Source: Vicugna vicugna
Lineage: Eukaryota
Reading direction: 5' to 3'
NCBI GenBank assembly: GCA_013265495.1
Contig: MU058065.1
Coordinates: 8,597,819 to 8,661,818, forward strand
DNA length: 64,000 bases
Position numbers and translations under genes: made by a program. Of the stretch, positions 52,391-64,000 are shown piece by piece; positions within the stretch are counted from its first letter, which is position 1, and each line of letters starts with the position of its first letter. The notes under the pieces are model-generated. The model ran no database searches. It saw only the letters and a program-made list of their open reading frames with translations, and had not been told where the DNA came from.

Positions 52391-55300
52391 GTAATTCAGT
52401 GGGTGTGGGGTCGGCCATGAGATTCTGCATTTCTAACAAACTCCCTGGTAGTGCGAGGACCACACCTTCAGCAGCAAGTCCTTAGAACAATGGGCCCAGA
52501 GAAAAATTGGCAGATGGAAGGATTTCAAGATCAAATAGTTTGGAAAATACAGCTTACTATATTATCTCCCTTAGATGTTCATTATTTATGAATAGCTCAT
52601 TAAATATTTTTAAATTTCTGCAGTAAAGAAATTTGTGGTAGGCAGCCTTTGACATCATGGAATATTGCTTCCTTCTCATGAGAAGCAAACGGGAATACAA
52701 TCTGTAATTAGTGCAGTCTTTTGTTCTTAAATTCACCAGCATTTGTGTGCCTCTTTCTAGGAGATGAACTATATTCATTAAACAAACCTAATGAAAATCA
52801 AATCCCATATAAACAGGACACCTGAGGAATTTTCTATTCAAAAACCTCCTGCAGTATTATGTAGACTAGTTTTCTATCTTTCTGTTAGAAAATAGAGAAA
52901 GCATTTGCCCATCAATGGATCAGTGAAGTGAGAAAGCTGTAGTTGGGGTCACCATTAAACTTGCCCAGGTGATGTAAGACAATTAATTGAAACTGGATTT
53001 TAACACCAGCCCATACATTTCTAGACCAAATGAGATGTTTGAAAAAGGACAAAGTTCATTGCCTCTTTAAGAAGTTGCCCAATTGTATTGCCTACAGATT
53101 TTTAGCTGTGGATTTCTGGTAAGCACCACATGTCTTTCTCTAAGACGGAATGAAGCACTGCTGACTGGGGGATCTGAGTCCCACAGATATGGAAGAAGCC
53201 GGCACTCCTGCCAGAATGGTAGCGATGTTGGTAATTTGGAAATGTTTAGCACTGTGAATGCAGATTCCCAGGACATTCCCTCCAGAGACTGATTCAGTCC
53301 ATCTGGGGTAGAGCCCAAAATACGTCTTCTCAGTATGTACCTAAAGTGACTCAAAAGTATTAGGACTAATCTTTGAGTTTTACAAGTTTCATGCTTGACA
53401 GTAAGTAGCATTTCGGGCAAGTTTGTAATCACAGCTACAATATTGTGTGCATTACATGTAATTTCATACTGCTAGAATGTGATATATACTTATTTTAATA
53501 AACCAATGGTATAGTCAAGTGCTTCTTTAATATTATTTTAGTGACCCGAGTTCTTTAATTTCACTTGACTAGTTCTACATGGTGTGAAAAAAATTACAAT
53601 TCAATTTTCAGCCTCTGCATTTTTATTTCTAGAGTTCTTGCTCTTCATAACTAATTAATTTTCTGTAACTGTCATAGGATTATAATCTGTCATTATGAAT
53701 CAGAAGTAAAATTTAGCTCATGCCAGAAATTATTTAGGAGCTTACACTTGGCTTCTAGGTAGGTAGAACATTTAATTAAATGAATTAGAAGAAAATAGGC
53801 AAAGTTCTACTTTGGGTTCTTTTCTAAAGAAAGATTTAGAAAGGCTGCAATGATACCCACCAATGCCATAAAGATTACAGAGGCTAAATGTCATCATTTC
53901 TTCCTTTAAAAAATTCCCATTTTTAGAATGTTTCATATCAAGAGGGAAAAAAAAAAAAACCAGGCTGTTCAAGACTTCTCCATAAAGGCAAAGAATAAAA
54001 ATAGACGTTGACTTGTTAGATCATGTTTTTCTTAACATGTTTCATTCAGGAAATACTTCAAAATTGACTTGCCAAATACTGCTTCAGTAATTTTAATAAT
54101 ACCTGTCAAAACTAAAAGATAGCCTTTCAGTATGAATAAGTGAGATTGGGAGGGATTAGAATAAATACAATTTATTAAGAAATAAATCATATGTTCTCTA
54201 ATCTAAATTGCTAAAGACCTTGATAAAAGATAATTGGTCAAATTCAATCCGTATCTTTCCATTCAAATTGAAAGATGTGGAATCCTTCAAAGCAGTGGTT
54301 CTCAAATTCTGCTGTGGATAGGCGTCCCATCTCCAAAGATTCTTATTCAGTAGGTCCACTGTATGACCTGGGAAACTACAGTTATGATTCTGAGGCAAAT
54401 AGTCTTGTGACCATACTGCAAAAGTGGTGGGAAAAAATATTTAAAAATGACTGACAATTAGTTGATGATGGCTGGAAAATAGTATCCATGGGAAAAGATG
54501 GATGTTCTCGGCTAATCTGAGAAAAAGAAGGCTGAAATGTTGCAGCTTTCTAAGGGTTGATTTAAGGAACTAGGATACAGAAAACTAGTCACCAGTTATT
54601 TGTTATGTTTTCATAGAAAAAAACAAAAAGGAAATGGGTTTGAACTGCAGTAAGCTTAAGATTGTATATAAATGTATTTTCCCAGCATTGGGATCCTAGT
54701 TCATCTCTTCCCTGGACACCCTCCAATCCCGCCACTCCACTTGACTTGATTCCTAAAGAATCTTTGCCAAAGTTTTGTTTTCTGCCAACTCACCCTCAGG
54801 AAGCACCTTTCTTAACGGGCCATTCTCTACAATCTAGGTTCCCCCACCACCAGCACCCTGCCCCACTGGAGTAATTTCTATGAAAACAGTTTATAGTGAG
54901 GTAATTATATTTGAAAGCATTTTTTTCTTTCAGGGAAAGCTATAAACGGCAGGTATCCTTTCAGTTAAGTTCTTTAATTGCCTTGATTAGTCATTTATTG
55001 ACAATGTGAAAGATTTGTGTGTAATTTGGGAGCCTTTCAATTCAGTTAAAACAGAGATTTTCTCCTCTTGCTTTCAGTTTCCAATCAGGTACTTCAAAAT
55101 GTTCCCAGGATCATAGTCTATCCAGAAAAATTCTTCAGTCTATAGTCTTTCATGTGTTTTTGGAAAGAACTCAAAATTCTTTTAAAAAGGGGCACATAGG
55201 GGCTGGGAGATGGAGATAAATATAACACAGCGTGAGATTTTGTTGTTCTGCTCGTATGTTTTTCTCTTCCTCGCCGCGCTCTAAGTCAGGTCTCAACAGC

Positions 55301-55884
55301 CTCTGTTTCCAGTATAGCTGAATCACAAAATCTCTTTGTATCCGACACCTGGCTAGACCCAAGTGTATTATGGAATGTTTATACAGATTTTTTGACTCTC
55401 TTATTTTTCCAGGATGTTCTTGTAATCATGGGAGTGAAAAGAAAATTTGTAAGCAGCTAACTGTTGGGTAGAAATTTATAATGTTTCCTTTTTTAAAAAT
55501 AATACCTTATTTTTTTTTAAGAAAATTGACACAAGAGAGTCTATCTGTTCTGAGCTGTTTCTAATAACAAAATCATAATTTCTAGATTAGTCATGTTTCA
55601 ATAGAGGTTATGGAAAGTGGAAAATATAAATAATTCAATAATATCCTTCTAAGGTTTGCTAATGTTAACCATATCTTGCCTATAAAGTCTATCTGCTTGA
55701 AATTAGGTGTAATTTTTGCTTGCATTAAGCAAAGTCTGCAAAACTCAATGAAAAAGAATAATAATTATTTTGGACATTTCAGTAATTTCCCCCCAACTCA
55801 ATTACATTTGTTTGCTTTGATTTATACCCTGTCCTTACTGACTGGATCCAGACATCTACCTATATTATCAGAGTATGCATTTGT

Positions 55885-56270
55885 TAGGATATTTCCAACT
55901 ACAAGTAATAGAATTTCCAACTAACAGTGTCTTAAACAATGAAGACACTTATTATGTCACATGGAAATAAGTCCCAGGGCAGGTTGCTTCAGGAGCTTCA
56001 GCGTGCTACCAAGGTCTCAGGCTGTTTTCAGCTTTCTATTCCACTGCTCTCAGCTTGGTGGACTTTGTCCTCAAGCTTTTCTCCTCATAATTGAAAAAGG
56101 CTGCCAGGGCTGCTGATACTGGTCCTCACACAACGGTAACCAAAGGCAGAATTACCTCGCCTTTCATCTCTTGAAGAAGGAAGTAAAGCCTTTCTTAGAA
56201 GCTCTCACCTTCACCCTTTGAGCTGACTCCCTTGTCAGTCCCATCAGCAAGTGACTAGCCCATGCCCTTA
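55885..56270 (-). mobile_element. Old MaLR LTR (MLT1-like)
   Basis: cttaaacaatgaagacacttattatgtcacat...tgctaccaaggtctcaggctgttttcagctttctattccactg is typical of old MLT1 LTRs. Confidence 0.5.
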
Positions 56271-56552
56271 TTAAACCGGGTGGAGTGAATGTCTGGCATT
56301 TTCAGCCTCAATGGCGGGAGGTGGTTTCATAGAAGACAAAAACTGGAAGAGCAATAGACAGGGAAAAAAATCATTATGGTGATATTTTTGACAGCTTCCA
56401 AAAGCCCTCATGAGTGTCTAAAAATGGTAATCTGAAATTTTATGCTGACTTAATAAATGAGTTTTATTCATCATTCTCAATTTTGATAAAAATGTGTTTT
56501 CTTTTTGAAATTTACACATTGACTCAAAATGGGAGTATGCTTCTATACCAAC

Positions 56553-57057
56553 TGTGACTGAAAAATATTGCCAGTCATATCAGTAAACAAAGGATGCTGT
56601 GGCCATCAAGTCATCAGCCACTACTGCCGCCCCAACAGTGAGCAGAGGAACTCAGGATGCAGACAGGCAGGCAGCTCAGCCTCTGTTGCCACCCGCAACA
56701 GGGCCACCTGAGGGAGCTCAGGATGTCGAAGAACAGGATACTGGCCAAAGACAGCTAGGTCCGTCTCAAGGGAATGATTTCAATGAGCCCAGACTTTTGC
56801 ACCTTTCCATACATAGAAAAGCATTAAATTCCTTAACTTGAAATATCTGGTTTTCTTTCATTAACAGTAATCTTTTGATGTTCCAACTACCTGGTCTTTG
56901 TGGCAAAACTCCTATATATCCTGGCTCCTCCCCTGCCTCTTGGAAGTAGTCCCTTAGGGCCATCTGAGAGGCTGCCTCCGGGTTCGAGTCCTCAGAAAGC
57001 CCACCGAATGAAACATAACTCTCAACTTTCAGGTTGTGCTTGTTTTTTCAGTGGACA
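56553..57057 (+). mobile_element. Solo ERV1 LTR (LTR39/MER41-like)
   Basis: TG...CA termini, cctatatatc TATA-like box, ending aacataactctcaactttcaggttgtgc...gtggaca, a pattern seen in laurasiatherian ERV1 LTRs. Confidence 0.7.
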
Positions 57058-58049
57058 GAGTCATATGTTTTTCCTTTTATTGATCTTGTTTAGTAGACTT
57101 ACATAACATCCTTATTCTAAAGCATCCAATTTCCAAAATAGCAAATCTTTTCTATTAGGATAATGAAAGAGAATAAATTAAACAAAGGAGTATGAGTTAT
57201 AATGGGGAAAATAAGAAGATAATAGGAATGGTAAATAATGAAGAAAGCAGGGGGAAAAAAAGGAGAGACGGGGTAGAATGAGCAATTACTAATCTGTATG
57301 GTCTAATGTGAGACAGTTCAGTTAACTGGGTCACTTGCCACTTGAAATGATGGGCGGGATAAGCCATTAAGACACTGGAGCAAATAGAAGGAAAGGGGGA
57401 GGAAGCACTCCTTTTTCAGGCATGCGTTCTGCAGGTTAGAATTTGTCGGTCCTCACTACACTGCAGGTGTGTCCTGGGAAATGCGTGTTCATGTGTCTTG
57501 GCAGTAGTATTCTGATGGCACTCCTTTTTTTGTTGTTGTTCATTTAAAGATAATTTGCCTAACAACCATGCTTAAAATAATCCATCTAAATATTTAAGGC
57601 TCTTACCTTCTCTCTGCAATAATTAAAACAAGGCTAAAACAGGCCAAGGAAATTTTTTGGCTCTAATTTTCAAAGGGCCAGACCTTCCAAGTGATTGGGG
57701 CTTTATAAAGATTTATTCCTCTGTGTAAATTCTAAACCCACTTTAGAGAAATCAGCTCACCTAAACCCACTAGTATTGCTTGGATTTGTTTTAGGATTAA
57801 GAGGTTACTCTTCCTGCCTTTCATTTCACCATCATACCTGGTCCTTTATCGCCTTTTCCTCATTTTCTCTCTTTCTGTTCTTTGCCAGATGTAATAATCA
57901 CTGGAAATGTTATACATTCTTTTTAATACTTTTATACATTCTTTTTAATACTTTGTCAATCTTGAACAATAGACACATGAGAATCTTGAAATTCTTTCTT
58001 TGTTGTAAATAGGTATCCTTTATGTTAAATAGGTTTTTATTACTTTTCA

Positions 58050-59460
58050 TCCTTACAGTTATCATAAAATAAAAGGTTTAGAAAGCAATACAAAATAAAT
58101 CTATACCTTGCATCTCTTAAGTGTGTTATGCCATTTTCTTCTGGCATAAAGTATAGCTGTCAAAGAACCCCCAATGGTAATCTGATTTTTTTCCCCTGTA
58201 AGTCACTTGCTGGTGTTGACTGGGTTCTCAATGGAATATTTTTTTTTCTCTCAAGTTCATTCATTTTACTATAAATATGTCTTGGTGTTGATTAATTCTG
58301 CGCCAACATTCTCAGCTACATAGCGTGCTTTTTCAATATGAAGTTTCATATTGTCTTTCATTTAAGAAAATTTCTCTTTAAGTATAATTTTTAGTTATTT
58401 GTTTTAGCCCCTTGTTTTGCACTTCTTCAGATTCCAATTATTTGAGGTTGAATCTTCTTTGTCCATCTTTAATATTTGTCACTTTCTGTCAAATATTTAT
58501 CTCCTTTATTTTTTATGTAAAAAACTTTCTCCTTTTAAAATTTTATTTTTTCCTACAAGTTTAGTGTCATTTCTGAATTTTTTTTCTAACTGTCTCCTAG
58601 GTTTAGCCACCTCAGTGGTAGAGTTTTAATAATGTTTTATTTCATGTCTTGTATCACTTTCTTAATGTATTTTAGCTTCTTTTGAGATAGAAAGTTACAG
58701 TTTTGATTTGTTTTGTGAGCATATCTTTCTGGTTCAGGGAGATTATTTTGCTCATTGTTTTTCTTAGAAACAGCTTTGCAAGGCGTTTGACCTCAATACT
58801 CTTCTGCTTCTCACTTTATGTGAAAATGGCTTTCCAGGACGTTTAGTAGGAGACGTGGCTTTGAGTAGCTTTTCTAGCTTGACAAACTCCCTCTTCTGTT
58901 GTGTTTAAGTAGTGTCAAGAAGGGTCAGCTGGCTTTCTGAGATGTCCTGGTTCTGTTTGCTCCTCCCCATGTTTATCTGGGCCTCCCCTGTCTGCGGTTC
59001 TGCTGTCTCTGTCCCGCTCAGTTTTGATTCCGTTCTCAGCATCTCTCTTCAGTGTGATGCTCCATCCCAGAAGGAAGCTCTGGCAGGTCAGTCTCTAGAG
59101 AGAGTTCACAGGGCCTTCGTCTCTGTGCAGAGCCCTTGCATTCACTGCCTCCTGGATTGGGCAAAACCTGCCCACATGCTTTCCAGTAAACAGTCCTTGC
59201 TCTTTGTGGCTTCTCCTTTTCCCAAGTCTGTCCAAGTCTGTCAGGCTTCACCCCTTCTCTCTGCTTTTCCTGCTCAGATGCTAATACAGTTCAGGCTGCT
59301 GGTGGGTTGTCCTCACGGACACGTATTTTGAAGTTTGTGTGGATGCCTTGTAGCCTAGTGTCAGTGTAAATGTTGTCCATGCAATTTTGATTCTGCTAAG
59401 TTTTTCTGTATGTTTTTGTATTAAGATTTGGATTCAAAATTATATTGCCGCTATAGTCAT
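58050..59460 (-). mobile_element. Probable ancient L1-related (L1ME/HAL1-like) fragment
   Basis: Strongly T-skewed, degenerate antisense ORF1-like sequence. Family assignment is uncertain. Confidence 0.4.
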
Positions 59461-59727
59461 CTTCTCAGAACCCACCAAGTGGATTTAAAATACTCTCTTA
59501 TTTAGGTAGAATGCACATTTTCACAAAAATTAGAAACGGTACATTGATAATAACTTCCTAACCATTGACAACTTATGATAACTTTAGCAGGGTTTAGGAA
59601 ATATATTCTCAATGCTATAAAATCCTCTGAGAGCTTCAGAGCAGCATATATTTTGGTCTACTTCTGGTATAGTTAAAGAGAGAAAATTTCTGTGTCCCTG
59701 AACCAGTTTAAAAAAATAGGTGCTCCG

Positions 59728-60516
59728 TTTCACATCTACCATGAAGCAGAACTACTTATGTCCCGCATCTTGCAGATACAGCGATGCCACATGGAGCCAC
59801 TCCAAGTGCTGCAGGTCACACAAAGCCCACCGCTGAAGCTGACCTTCACTGGCAGGAACAAGCAAACCACAGGAGCAAAAGTCCAAAAACCAAAAGTCCA
59901 AAAAGCTTTATAAAACCTTTGGCACAAGACAGGTTACAAGCTATTATAAAAATGATAGTTCTCGTTGTATAAGAGGTGTGTTGACACAGTGTTTTCACAT
60001 ATGTTATCTCATTTCATTCTCAAAATAACCATCTAAAAGAGGTACGGTTATTTTGAGTTGATGAAGTTGAGCTTAGAACACTTAAATGACTTTAAGACAT
60101 TAGCAGAGACGGCTCTTACCACCTCTGTGTGTAAAGGGTTTGCTCTTCCACCGAGGGCTCAGCTTTGGAGAGATCCCTGCGCAGCACGTGGGAGGAGGTG
60201 AAACCTGCCTGGCCAGCTCTATCAGTCATCATCCATATATCTCTGGAGGACCCAGGGGGTGACAGGTGCTGCAGGTAGATCTCCCTCATAGTCTGGTCTG
60301 GCTTTGTCTAGCACCGGAGAGCCTGTAAGAGACAGAGGAGCATTTGAACCTGGGGTTTTGGACTTTTGCTCCTGTGGTTTGCTTGTTCCTGCCAGTGAAG
60401 GTCAGCTTCAGCGGTGGGCTTTGTGTGACCTGCAGCACTTGGAGTGGCTCCATGTGGCATCGCTGTATCTGCAAGATGCTGGACATGAGTTGTTCCTCTT
60501 CATGGTAGATGTGAAA
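59728..60516. repeat. Near-perfect 161-bp inverted repeat (arms 59728-59888 and 60356-60516)
   Basis: Direct comparison gives 5 mismatches, all in the outer ~37 bp. The inner ~124 bp are identical, and the spacer is 467 bp. Confidence 0.95.
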
Positions 60517-60674
60517 GGACAGTGTCAGCATTTCTGGTGCTTGTGGCACTGCTTCTCCAGTGTTCACTCTCCAGTACTCTGAGCAGCAGAGAGGAGACTC
60601 CTGCCTCACCTCCAGGGAACCTCTCATTGCATTCTAATATTTTACCTTCAAATTCATGCAACTTTTAAACAATT

Positions 60675-60760
60675 CCACCCCCACCTCCTTAACGGAGGCA
60701 CTGGGGATTAAATCCAGGACCTTGAGCATGTGCTCTACCACTGAGCTATACCCCCACTCC
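60675..60760 (-). mobile_element. tRNA-derived SINE (Vic-1 type)
   Basis: Reverse complement reads gggggtatagctcagtggtagagcacatgctcaaggtcctggatttaatccccagtgcctcc. Confidence 0.8.
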
Positions 60761-61709
60761 CAACCCATGTAACTTTTAAATTCTACTTTGCAACATATAT
60801 GTGCCATTTGAATACAAGAAGAGTATTTTCCATACGTGCCAGTAAGTGAAATTGCTGTTATAGGGAGACCTAGACTCTTCCTCCAGTGGCTTTTGGTACC
60901 TCCTGGCATATTGCTATGTCCTCCTAAAGTGCTCCTCAGTTTGAAAGTATAAGAAGTGTAGAGAAGTAGGCTGTGGCTCTATCTAGGGAGTTTGAAGGTT
61001 TTGCTAAATTTTTGAATTTTATTCTGTAGACACTGAGGAGCCAATGAAGCATTTCAAGAAAGAAAGTGACCTGATCAGTTTTGTGGCTTAGAGGAATGCC
61101 TCTGAACTTCTTTGATTGTCATCTGTAGTAAGAAATACATTTTACATGGCAATTCGTATGCAGCTTATGCATTATCTACGTGTATTATATATATGTGATT
61201 GTATATACATATATAAGAAATAAAAATTTGATGAAACTTTACCTACCCTTATATTTTCCATTCCATTTCCAATCTATTTCATCTAGAAAAAGTTAATGCA
61301 ATTCACTGAATTGGTTGCACAATCTCTAATGGATTGCACCTCAGGTAACGACAGAATTTATGTGCTTCATTCATATTTCAAATGGAACAGAGCTGTACTC
61401 ATTAAGAAACATTTTAATGCTTCTTCCTGGAGGGTTAGGAGATATTACTGAGAAGGAAAAGGAGAGGAGTTTCTCAGACCCCATTACCACCATTTCCCTG
61501 GGTCCAGATTCTCTCTGCTCCCCTCAGTACCATCCATTCTCTTGCAGCCTGCCCACTTCACTCTTGGGATAATTTATTTCAAACAGAACCTTCTCCAATC
61601 ATCATCCTTGACTCAGGAAGTGGGAGAGGGTAATCTCTGTCTTGAACCTTAACCCTGCCTCAGATAGGAAACACTTGAGGGCAAAATGTAGCATATAACG
61701 CAGACCATA

Positions 61710-62072
61710 TGTATGAGTTCGTGAAGGCCGCCATAACAAAGCATCGGACAGGAGGCTCAAACAACAGAAACGGATTTTCTCACAGTTCTGGAGGCTGCAA
61801 ATGTAAGATCAGGACGTCAACAGGATTGGTTTCTTCTGAGGCCTCTCTCCTTGGCTTGTAGATGGCCAATTTCACATGAGCTTCCTTCGGTTTGTGTCTG
61901 TGTCCTAATCTCTTCTTCTAGGGAGGCCAGTCAGATTGAATTAGGGCCGACCCGTAAGAACTCATTTTCACTTAGTCACCTCTTCAAAGGCCCTACCTCC
62001 AAATACAGTCACATTTTGAGGGTTTAGAACTTCAACATATACATTTGGGGGAAAGAGATGAAAATTCAGCCC
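61710..62072 (-). mobile_element. MLT1A/B-like MaLR LTR
   Basis: gccataacaaagca...aaacaacagaaa...ttctcacagttctggaggct...ccaaatacagtcacatt...ttcaacatat...aattcagccc. Confidence 0.85.
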
Positions 62073-62443
62073 TGTAAAAAAATTAATAAACAGAAACCTC
62101 AATTAAATAGTCAGGAGACCAGAAGGGGGAGCTCTGATGCCCTATGATGACAGCGGAGTCCAACAGAAGAAGGACTCCCTCTTCTTTCCTGGTAAGAGCC
62201 CAGCCAGTGAGAGACGGTCACAACTCAGCCAATGAAATGCCACGGACTCTTTGTTTACTATAGTGCCCCCCAACTTCTTTCCCCTCCGTAAAAGAGCTCT
62301 CCTCTCCATTTTTGTGGGGCACTTGGACATGGCTCACTGTGGTTGCAGACTCTGAATTGCAATTCTTTGTTCATCTCAAATAAATCTATTTTTCCTAGAG
62401 AAATAGTATTTCTCTAGTTAGCAGTCTGTGTTTTAGGTTAACA
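62073..62443 (+). mobile_element. Solo ERV1-type LTR nested at the end of the MLT1
   Basis: TG...CA termini, agccaatga CAAT boxes, aataaa at ~62379, and 4-bp flanks gccc/gtcc. Confidence 0.7.
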
Positions 62444-64000
62444 GTCCATATCACCATATTTTTTTTTCTTAAATCAAATACAGCCATTTGTATATTCTAC
62501 AAAATAAATGCCAAAATACTAGCATTACAAATCATATCACTCCTATTCACATAATATAATGAGTTCAGTTACTTAGTTGTTTTGTGGATAGATAGAGTGT
62601 TCATTTTAGTAGCCCCCTAGGAGAGAGTCTTGAAGACTAACTAAATTTTTTTTTAAATAAGAGGGTCTTAGTTTTTATTTTACTGTGAACTTACTGCTGC
62701 CCAGCTGTTTCATCTTGCTCTTGACTAGAAAACTTTTGCATGAGAAGCTGATTTTAAAATGGTAATGAAAGGATTTTCAGTAAAAGAGAAGAGAAAGACA
62801 AGAAATCTTTGGTTTGGGATTCTCTGAGCTGACTGAAAAGAGAAAATCCAAACAGCCCTTTCTCTCTTTGGGAAGTTTAAGAAACAAGCCTAGCAGATCT
62901 GAATTAGCTCAAAGGAAAACCACAGGCTAAGACCAGTATAAGTGGGACACGGACTCCTCAGCTAAGCTCTGGCCTGATAAGGCCACTTGCCAGCCAGGAA
63001 GCTCGTCTGGTTACAGAATGGACTGGGTGTTTCCCGTCCCCTCCAGCTGCCCAGAGATGTACACTGAAGCACCACCGTGGGGCTCTCTCTGGTCTGCATC
63101 CAGCCCTGCCAGTCCACGCACCTCACCTCTTGCCTCTTATCTCTCCGTGGAGCCTCGAACATTCCCCAGCTTCTGCCTCTGAGTTTCCCACTTTACATTT
63201 ATTCCAGGAGGCTGCTGTGGGCGGGGGCCAGTGTCCTAGTACCCAATCCGAATTTGCTGATTGACTGATTGATTGATTCATCAAACTTTATAGACCCCTC
63301 TCCACCCTCCCTACTCCTTGGCCAAGTCCTTTTCAGCTCTCTGAGTCTGTAATCCATTCTATAAAAGTGGTTGTTCATCAAGATGATCTCTATGACTCCT
63401 CTTCACCCTAATGTTATGAGCCTAAGCTTCAGTTTCAGACTTTAGTGTATATTTTTAAAATAATCCCATGTATATTTACAAAAGAACCTTAATATAGAAA
63501 GTGCCTTTGCCTAACAGCTAGGGAAAGAAAAGTACCCCTTTCTTCCTAGGGTTTTAAGCTCATTTTGGATGGAAAATTCAAGCTCACCTCCACCATGAGT
63601 CTTACTCTTGTTCCTCTGTTCTGCTTGGGCCACTCTTGTTTATGGAAGCAACTCTGAGGTCACTGCTAACACTACAAATAAGCTGAAACATTCTCCTTCA
63701 ATGACATTGGCAGGTTTACCACCAATGATCAGGCTAAATAACCCATATATAATTCTGAACAACATAAACTTAAAAATTCCAAATGACCATCTGTAAGATG
63801 GCATTGTCAGCACTGCTTTGCTTTTTAAAATCAGAATTGCTAATGAATTGTTTTCTAATGCTCTTTTGGACCAGCGTACGGATATTTTCCTAAGACATTC
63901 ACAATTGCAAAATGGCTTTGTACTGTTTTCTCTGCTCACCCACTCATCACCCACACATACCTGACCTCCTACTCCTTGCTGACTCATGGGACCGGCCTCC

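Noticed and set aside
57910..57953. 22-bp tandem duplication ttatacattctttttaatactt
   Set aside because: Two units only. It is an ordinary slippage event, not an array.
59692..60627. Paired ORFs (FHIYHE...TTGAKVQ) as a duplicated gene or ribosomal-protein pseudogene
   Set aside because: The shared peptide simply reflects the DNA inverted repeat. It matches no protein I recognise and has no poly(A) or TSD.

Overview
Mammalian genomic DNA, most likely a camelid: it carries tRNA-derived Vic-1-type SINEs and camelid-like L1 3' ends. No prokaryotic features are present. Two protein-coding genes lie tail-to-tail. The last three coding exons of MREG (melanoregulin) are on the + strand at 14155-16341, with earlier exons upstream of the window. 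A complete, intact 9-exon NEMP2/TMEM194B is on the - strand at 27789-48745 (1275 nt CDS, 424 aa, CpG-island promoter). An MREG intron holds a full-length RPL29 processed pseudogene. The rest is mostly interspersed repeats. The most notable point is the gene order. In human, as I recall it, NEMP2's 3' neighbour is MFSD6 (2q32) and MREG lies far away at 2q35. The 18.5-26.7 kb interval therefore looks like an evolutionary inversion breakpoint, or a misassembly. That interval contains a decayed ERVL and an unusual gamma-like ERV. The gamma-like ERV has an LTR truncated at its poly(A) site with an A-rich tail, and an inverted pol fragment at its 5' end, consistent with L1-mediated retrotransposition. 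There are also two local inverted duplications with ~160-bp arms and ~460-bp spacers. I see no evidence of a wholly new biological system. Gene and repeat names come from remembered sequences, not database searches.
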